A stretch of 62,298 nucleotides of DNA from Thalia democratica (taxonomy: Eukaryota): the NCBI GenBank assembly GCA_965202585.1, contig CBDBBG010000333.1, forward strand, positions 1 through 62,298, given 5' to 3'. A program made the position numbers and the translations under genes. Of this stretch, positions 55,474 to 62,298 are shown in pieces. How positions within the stretch are numbered: the first letter of the stretch is position 1; the number at the start of each line of letters is the position of its first letter. The notes beneath the pieces were generated by a model. It saw nothing but the letters and a program-made list of their open reading frames with translations, was not told the origin of the DNA and did not search any database.

Positions 55474-58400
55474 GATGAATGAATATTAAAGCGACCAAAA
55501 CGATACTTGCAAGAGTTACTGACTGTGACGAATTGACTGTTGAGCAGTTATGCTTTGCAAGGTACCTTTTACTTCTTAATATAAGCATTAGCATGTTTGT
55601 TTAAGACATATATGCTTATAAAAACTTAGTTGTCTTATTAAGAATGTTGAAAAAGTTCCAGTAAGAAAGAAACCATATTTAACTTGTTCTAAAAGTAATT
55701 TTTTTAAAGCATTAGTTTGAAAAGTCCAGAAATAACAGCCTGTATCTTACAGCACACCTCTAAATACATTAAGAAAAACATAAATGAAACAAAACATGTT
55801 AACACACTCCCGACTGAGTTTTCCTTTGCCGCTCACCTAAAGTAATAAAGTTTTAACAAAGCACAAGGTTTTTTTTTACCTTAAACAAAATTTCATTATA
55901 TCGATTTCATGGAGTTTTGTTAATCGTAAGTTCTATCAAGTATGTTCAAGTTAATTACAGTTTAAACTAATGTGTAAAAAGTAATTCCAAAAGAATAAAA
56001 GTGTTCATTTTTTTTAGCTTTACTGCTTATGATTACTCATAAGCAATGTACTCAAAACTTTTATTAAACAGACAACTAGATAGCTTTGTTGTTGCACATA
56101 CTAGTAACTTACCTTACAACAATGTTTTCCAAACAACCTTTCAAAAACGTGCTGTACAGTAACTATGATGATACTTGTTTAAAGTTGTAAACTACATTTA
56201 AACACAAACTTTATTTTTCAGTGTGTATGAAAAACTAGTTTAAAAGATAAGTAGTTTAACATTCAATTAGTGTTTCAAACAACTGATTGAAGCTGTTATA
56301 CAGTTTAAAAAATAACTGATGCAATTTTGCTCGTTAAACTTAAACCTTGATCAAACTAAGAACTTTAACTTTGCAGATTTCAACCGAATAAAGTGTGCTG
56401 ATAAAAGTGAACAAATGGATTTGGTTGTAAATTTTCCAAACAAAATAAAGTTAATTAAATTCAAAGAAGTAAATAAGTCGAAAAAGCTTATGAACACTAG
56501 CACTAAATTTGAACTTAAACAAAAGCTGATACCTTTTGGATGAAAAATTTTACGTAAAAAAAGAGGTTGGTTTATTTTTTAAGCAGCATTATATACAAAA
56601 TAAAATCGAGTAAGAAAATCTAAATGAAAAAGTTTAGAAATAAGATTGACAAACTTAGTGTTTGAATAAAGCTTTGTTTACAATCAGCACTCATAACCTT
56701 TCAATCTATCTTTGAAACTTTTTAACTGGAAAATAATGCAAGTAAGTTTTTTTTTCAAACTTTGTTTTGTCACTTCTCATAAAGTTTTAAAGTCAGTCGA
56801 AACAACATAGAACAACTTACTACTTTCTTGAAACATATTTTGAAACAACAACAGTACTGTCTTTTAAAGTTTACGATTGAAGTGCTTACCAAGTTAAACA
56901 TGTGTTTTAACTGCTTTACTGCTAATAGTGATTTCTTAGTTTACTCAACCTAGATTAATCATAATGTTCTGTACCATTGATTTCATTGACTAAATGTTTG
57001 CTTTTCAAAATTCGTAACTAGTTATCTCTAGCTTACTGTTAATGTAGTTAAAAACACAGCTTAGGATAAGTTACATTTTATTCTCGGATGTCGTTAAGAA
57101 CATAGCTGTTGTAGCAATAACATATAAACTTGAAACAAAGTAACTGTTATCTTATTCAATTATAGACCATATAAAACAAAGTATTTGCTTGATTCAAAGT
57201 TTTACATTGTTGTTTGCCTATTATGGAACTTGTACCATCACATAATAAGCTGTAAAAAAATGAAGGCTAAAAAAAGTTTTGGTTTCGCTTTGTCCAGTTT
57301 TTTCTTCTTCTTTAGATTTATAAAAACTACACAGCTTAAAGCAACAAGTTACAGTAATTTCAGTTTACTTATGTATAGCGTACATAAGGGTAACAAACAA
57401 GTGGTAACAAGTTTTTTACTTCTTTTCTTTGTACCATGTTTTAGCTAATCAATTGGTTTATTTCATATGCTTGACAAGATTAGAAAGCTTAAATCAAGTA
57501 AGTAGATGTAAGCTTTGTAAAATAAAAGATTTGTTTATACAAGTTCATCATTTTATTAAGGTATTTTGTTTTGTAAATTGTGTACTTGTTAATAGTGTTC
57601 TCTTTCTTTTGAACAATCGATGTTGTTTACATTTATGTGTTACACCAGTTTTGAATTGTTAAGCATGTTTCAGTTGTAGTTTAATTGTAATTGAACAGCA
57701 TTTTTTAAGGACACTAAACATTGTTTGTTATTAACAGTTTAAAACGTTTTCAGTTAATAAGTCAAAGTTTTATTTTTATTTCTGTTTAAGCGTACTATTT
57801 TCATTGAAAAATACAAATAGTTTTTACAGTGACGTAGGCACAGTATTTTTTTAATAAACTAAAAAACAAATGAAATATTGAATTAAAAAATGTCCACAAA
57901 GTTAATGAGAATAAGTTTTATTTGGAAAAGAAAGTTAAAAGGAAAAAAGCCACGAAAAAGACACTCAAGTTAGTTAAAGCTTTTCACTAAGCATTCGATA
58001 ATAGTAAGCAATAAAGTAAGGATTAGAGCAGTTATCTAGCTAGAGTTCCCTTCTTAACAGTTGCATAAAAAAAGTATAGTAGAGAAATTTGGCAAGCTAG
58101 GTATTTAATAAATAATGGGCTTTATAATTTGGAAGGAAATATGTTTTTGATTCTTTATCACCACAAAGTTGATTAAGTATGTTTATTTGTGTTGTTGAGT
58201 TTAGTAGTCATTAGTAGCTTGTGTAATTAATTGGTGATCCACCTAATCTTTAGATTTAAAAAGTACATAGCTTAAAACAAACAAGTATCGTCGTTTTGAG
58301 TTGTCTCATACATAGTTTAAAAAAGAGTTACAAAAAATTGTAACAAGCTGTTCTTTTTTACCGTGGAATCATTTTGTAATTTGTCATAGCCACAGAAAAA

Positions 58401-60003
58401 ATGAGTTCAACAAAACAAGTATGAGCTTTGTAAGCAGAAAGATTATTTCAATTGTATGTTTGTTTTAAACAATCACTGTTGTCTACATTAGTTTGACTGT
58501 TCAACTTTTAAACAGTTTTTTATTGTTTCATTTGCATTCTGATAAATAAAACTAATACTTATTTGACAATCAGACCTTAAACAAATATCATTGAGCATTT
58601 TTAGTATCAACGCAAAGTAAATTTTTCTTCTCATTTAATATAATGTCTTATTTAAGCATAAATTTTTAGTTAGTGACAGATTGATTTTTTTATTAAACTA
58701 ACAACAAATATGTATTGAGTGTTTGAAAAACAAGTTTACAAAGTAAAATGAACTAGAATAAGTTTTGTTTAAACAATAAGTTAAACAAGAAAATTCCCAT
58801 TAAAAAACATTTTTACCTAACATTTAAATACTAGTGAAGCAGAAAAACTTATTCTACATTATCAAAAGTAGTTTAAAATGTCAAGTAGAACTACAAAAAC
58901 TGAAGTAAGTGTAACTAACTAGTAGAAATAAAAACAGAGAAATTCAGTTTTAGAAAGTTTATTTAGAAGTTATTGAAATACACTAACTGTTACTTTTTAC
59001 CAACACGCACAATGTAGATATAAATTTGTACATTTTTTGTCGCTTAGTTTAAGCTTGTTTGACACTGTTTACTCGACATTAGTAGCTGCTTAAATCAACT
59101 GGTGGTCCTGATTACTTTAGATATGTAGAAACATAACTTTCAACAAACTACTAGAGTTGTTAAAGGTCAGTAAGTTGTCTCATATCTAGTTAAAACAAGT
59201 ACCTTTTACTTTGAAAACTAGAATAATAAATTACTTAAAAAAGTACAAGCAGCTACTTTTTTGTGTTTTACCAAGTTTCAACCAATGAGCTGGTTTGTTT
59301 TGTGTGTTTATGTTTTGAATTGAAAATGTTTCTTGAATATGCTAAACAGAAGTTAGCTTTGAAAGAAGGAATATGTTGTTTTACTTGAAAACACATCTGT
59401 AATTTTTTGTTTTGAACAACCATTTTTGTATTCATTTATGTATTCGTAACTTTTTAAAACGTGTTACATGGCTTCAATTGCAGTTAAGTTGATAAGAAGA
59501 ACTCGTTTAAAAAGTTAAAGCTCGGTTGTGTTACTAATAATCAACAACAACTTAAAATAAAGTTACAACTAAGTTTTTGCATGTTATAAGTGATATACAT
59601 TTTTGTTTAAAAAGATGATACTTTTTTGTAAGCACTTATTTATTGAATGTTTCAACAGAACTTCAGCAAATGAATAAAAACAAGTGTTTTGTACAAAAAG
59701 TATTCAGATGAAAAATCTTACGGACAACAAAATCAAGTTAGTTAAACATCTTTTACAAACCATTTGATTACAAGCACTACTACTGTTTTTAGACTAATGC
59801 AATGCTTTTTCTACAATATAACGAGTTACAAGTTTATAAAGTATTTGAAACAAAAAAAAAGTGTGTTCATTCAAGTATATGAGTTTTTAATTTACACAAA
59901 TAAGAATTTATTTGTACTAAGCTTATATTCTTGTACTTTAAGTAAACATGAACAGCTGGTTCTATTCAAATGGTGGTCCTAAAAAGGACCGGTTGTTTAG
60001 CGT

Positions 60004-60363
60004 TTATTTTGAGCTGGTGTATTTGGTAACAGCTTTAGTTCCTTCTGAAACTGCGTGCTTTGACAACTCGCCGGGGAGCAAGAGCCTGACAGCAGTTTGA
60101 ATTTCGCGGCTGCTAACAGTTGACCTCTTGTTGTAATGAGCCAAACGTGAAGCCTCTGCTGCAATGCGCTCGAAGATGTCGTTGACAAATGAGTTCATGA
60201 TTCCCATTGCCTTGCTGGAAATTCCGGTGTCGGGGTGCACTTGCTTCAAAACTTTGTACACGTAGATGCCAAAGCTTTCTTTGTTTCTCCTCCTTCGCTT
60301 CTTCTTGCCGTCGACCGGAGCGGTCTTGGCTACTGACTTCTTCGCGCCTTTGGTTGCTGTCAT
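60004..60363 (-). CDS. H2B: Histone H2B, unit 9
   Basis: Same translation as unit 1. Confidence 0.96.
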   Translation of the reverse strand: MTATKGAKKSVAKTAPVDGKKKRRRRNKESFGIYVYKVLKQVHPDTGISSKAMGIMNSFVNDIFERIAAEASRLAHYNKRSTVSSREIQTAVRLLLPGELSKHAVSEGTKAVTKYTSSK

Positions 60364-60526
60364 GATGATGTGTGGACTTCTGTCTCGGCGCCGGTTTATA
60401 TCCTGAAAAATTATGCAAATTAGCATAGTTCCGTACGCGAACGATAGCTGGTTTCTCTCACTTCACAATTCTCTCGTTTGTTGTAAATATTTTGGTGGTC
60501 CTGAAAAGGACCTGGTTTTTTTTAAC

Positions 60527-60907
60527 TTAGGCTGACTTTTTTGAAGCGGTCTTCTTAGGCAATAGTACTGCCTGGATGTTTGGAAGAACACCACCTTGAG
60601 CAATTGTGACGCCTCCGAGAAGTTTGTTCAACTCTTCGTCGTTGCGAATAGCTAGTTGCAAATGGCGAGGAATGATCCTGCTTTTCTTGTTGTCACGAGC
60701 AGCGTTACCGGCAAGCTCGAGCACTTCTGCGCTCAAGTACTCGAGAACGGCAGCCAGATAAACTGGAGCACCAGCTCCGACTCTTTGGCTGTAGTTGCCG
60801 GTGCGCAACAGGCGGTGCACGCGACCGACTGGAAACTGCAGTCCTGCACGGGAAGACCTGCTCTTCGGCTTAGATTTGAGTTTTGATCCTTTACCACGTC
60901 CTGACAT
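60527..60907 (-). CDS. H2A: Histone H2A, unit 9
   Basis: Same translation as unit 1. Confidence 0.97.
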   Translation of the reverse strand: MSGRGKGSKLKSKPKSRSSRAGLQFPVGRVHRLLRTGNYSQRVGAGAPVYLAAVLEYLSAEVLELAGNAARDNKKSRIIPRHLQLAIRNDEELNKLLGGVTIAQGGVLPNIQAVLLPKKTASKKSA

Positions 60908-61089
60908 TTTGTTGTTCGAATGATTGTGATGATAGCTTGCACAGCTCAATATACAACTCATACCTAACCGCGTCGAACAAAAAACTAATTTGCATATGTC
61001 ATAGCTAATGCTTAATCTTGTCAAAAGTGTTGTAAAACTTTTATATTGAATTAGGTGGTCCTAAAAAGGACCGGGTTTGCTAAAAGCGA

Positions 61090-61437
<348 letters not shown>

Positions 61438-61581
61438 TTATATACAAGCTGTTACGGACGCGTACGGTAACTACTAACTAATTTGCATACTCAAAAAAGT
61501 CTCTTAACTTACGTTCGGTTAAGTTTTTCTCACTGTCAAGGTTTTAAGGTGGCCCTGAAAAGGACCGGTTTTAGCTAACGC

Positions 61582-62073
<492 letters not shown>

Positions 62074-62173
62074 CTAATTTGCATATTTTCAACTTAGCAT
62101 TGTTTTATGCATTTTGAGTTACGTTATATTTTGTTTGAGTGGTCCTGAAAAGGACCTTGGGTAAAAGAACAAC

Positions 62174-62298
62174 TTATTTTTTACAGCTCTTCTTCTTGGA
62201 TGCTTTTTTGGCTGCCGGCTTCTTCTTGGTTACTTTCTTCTTCTTGCTTGCAGCTTTTTTAGATGCTGCCTTCTTAGGAGCGCACTTTTTAGCAGGTC
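62174..62298 (-). CDS. H1: Histone H1, unit 9, 3' end only (truncated by window edge)
   Basis: Matches unit-1 positions 4142-4266. Confidence 0.93.
   Translation of the reverse strand, partial: PAKKCAPKKAASKKAASKKKKVTKKKPAAKKASKKKSCKK

Overview
This window is part of a eukaryotic (metazoan-type) tandem array of replication-dependent histone genes. It holds 8 complete units and one partial ninth of a ~7,255-bp repeat, and the array runs off both window edges. Each unit carries five intronless genes, all on the minus strand, in transcription order H1-H3-H4-H2A-H2B. They are packed into ~2.7 kb, each ends in a 16-nt histone stem-loop, and a ~4.5-kb AT-rich spacer follows. Units start at 1, 7256, 14511, 21766, 29020, 36276, 43523, 50778 and 58033 and are nearly identical; by eye I found about 15 variant sites, not an exhaustive list. 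These include an H3 frameshift (unit 4), H4 G101S (unit 8) and H3 T11N (unit 9). Structure not explained by the gene calls: (1) the spacer hides at least three diverged ~0.87-0.94-kb tandem sub-repeats in register with the H2B stem-loop, with junctions at decayed half stem-loops; (2) all four core-histone promoters share CTAATTTGCATA (octamer core) plus an ACGCG element, and this cassette is inverted in H2B; (3) three of four stem-loop-to-next-ATG distances are 149-150 bp; (4) no shared purine-rich U7/HDE element is visible; (5) H3 and H4 carry array-wide non-canonical residues, and H1 has a Cys-containing tail with no S/T-P sites. I found no 5S/tRNA/snRNA, transposon or CRISPR signal, and the organism cannot be named from the sequence alone. 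Regulatory features are listed for unit 1 only and recur in every unit.
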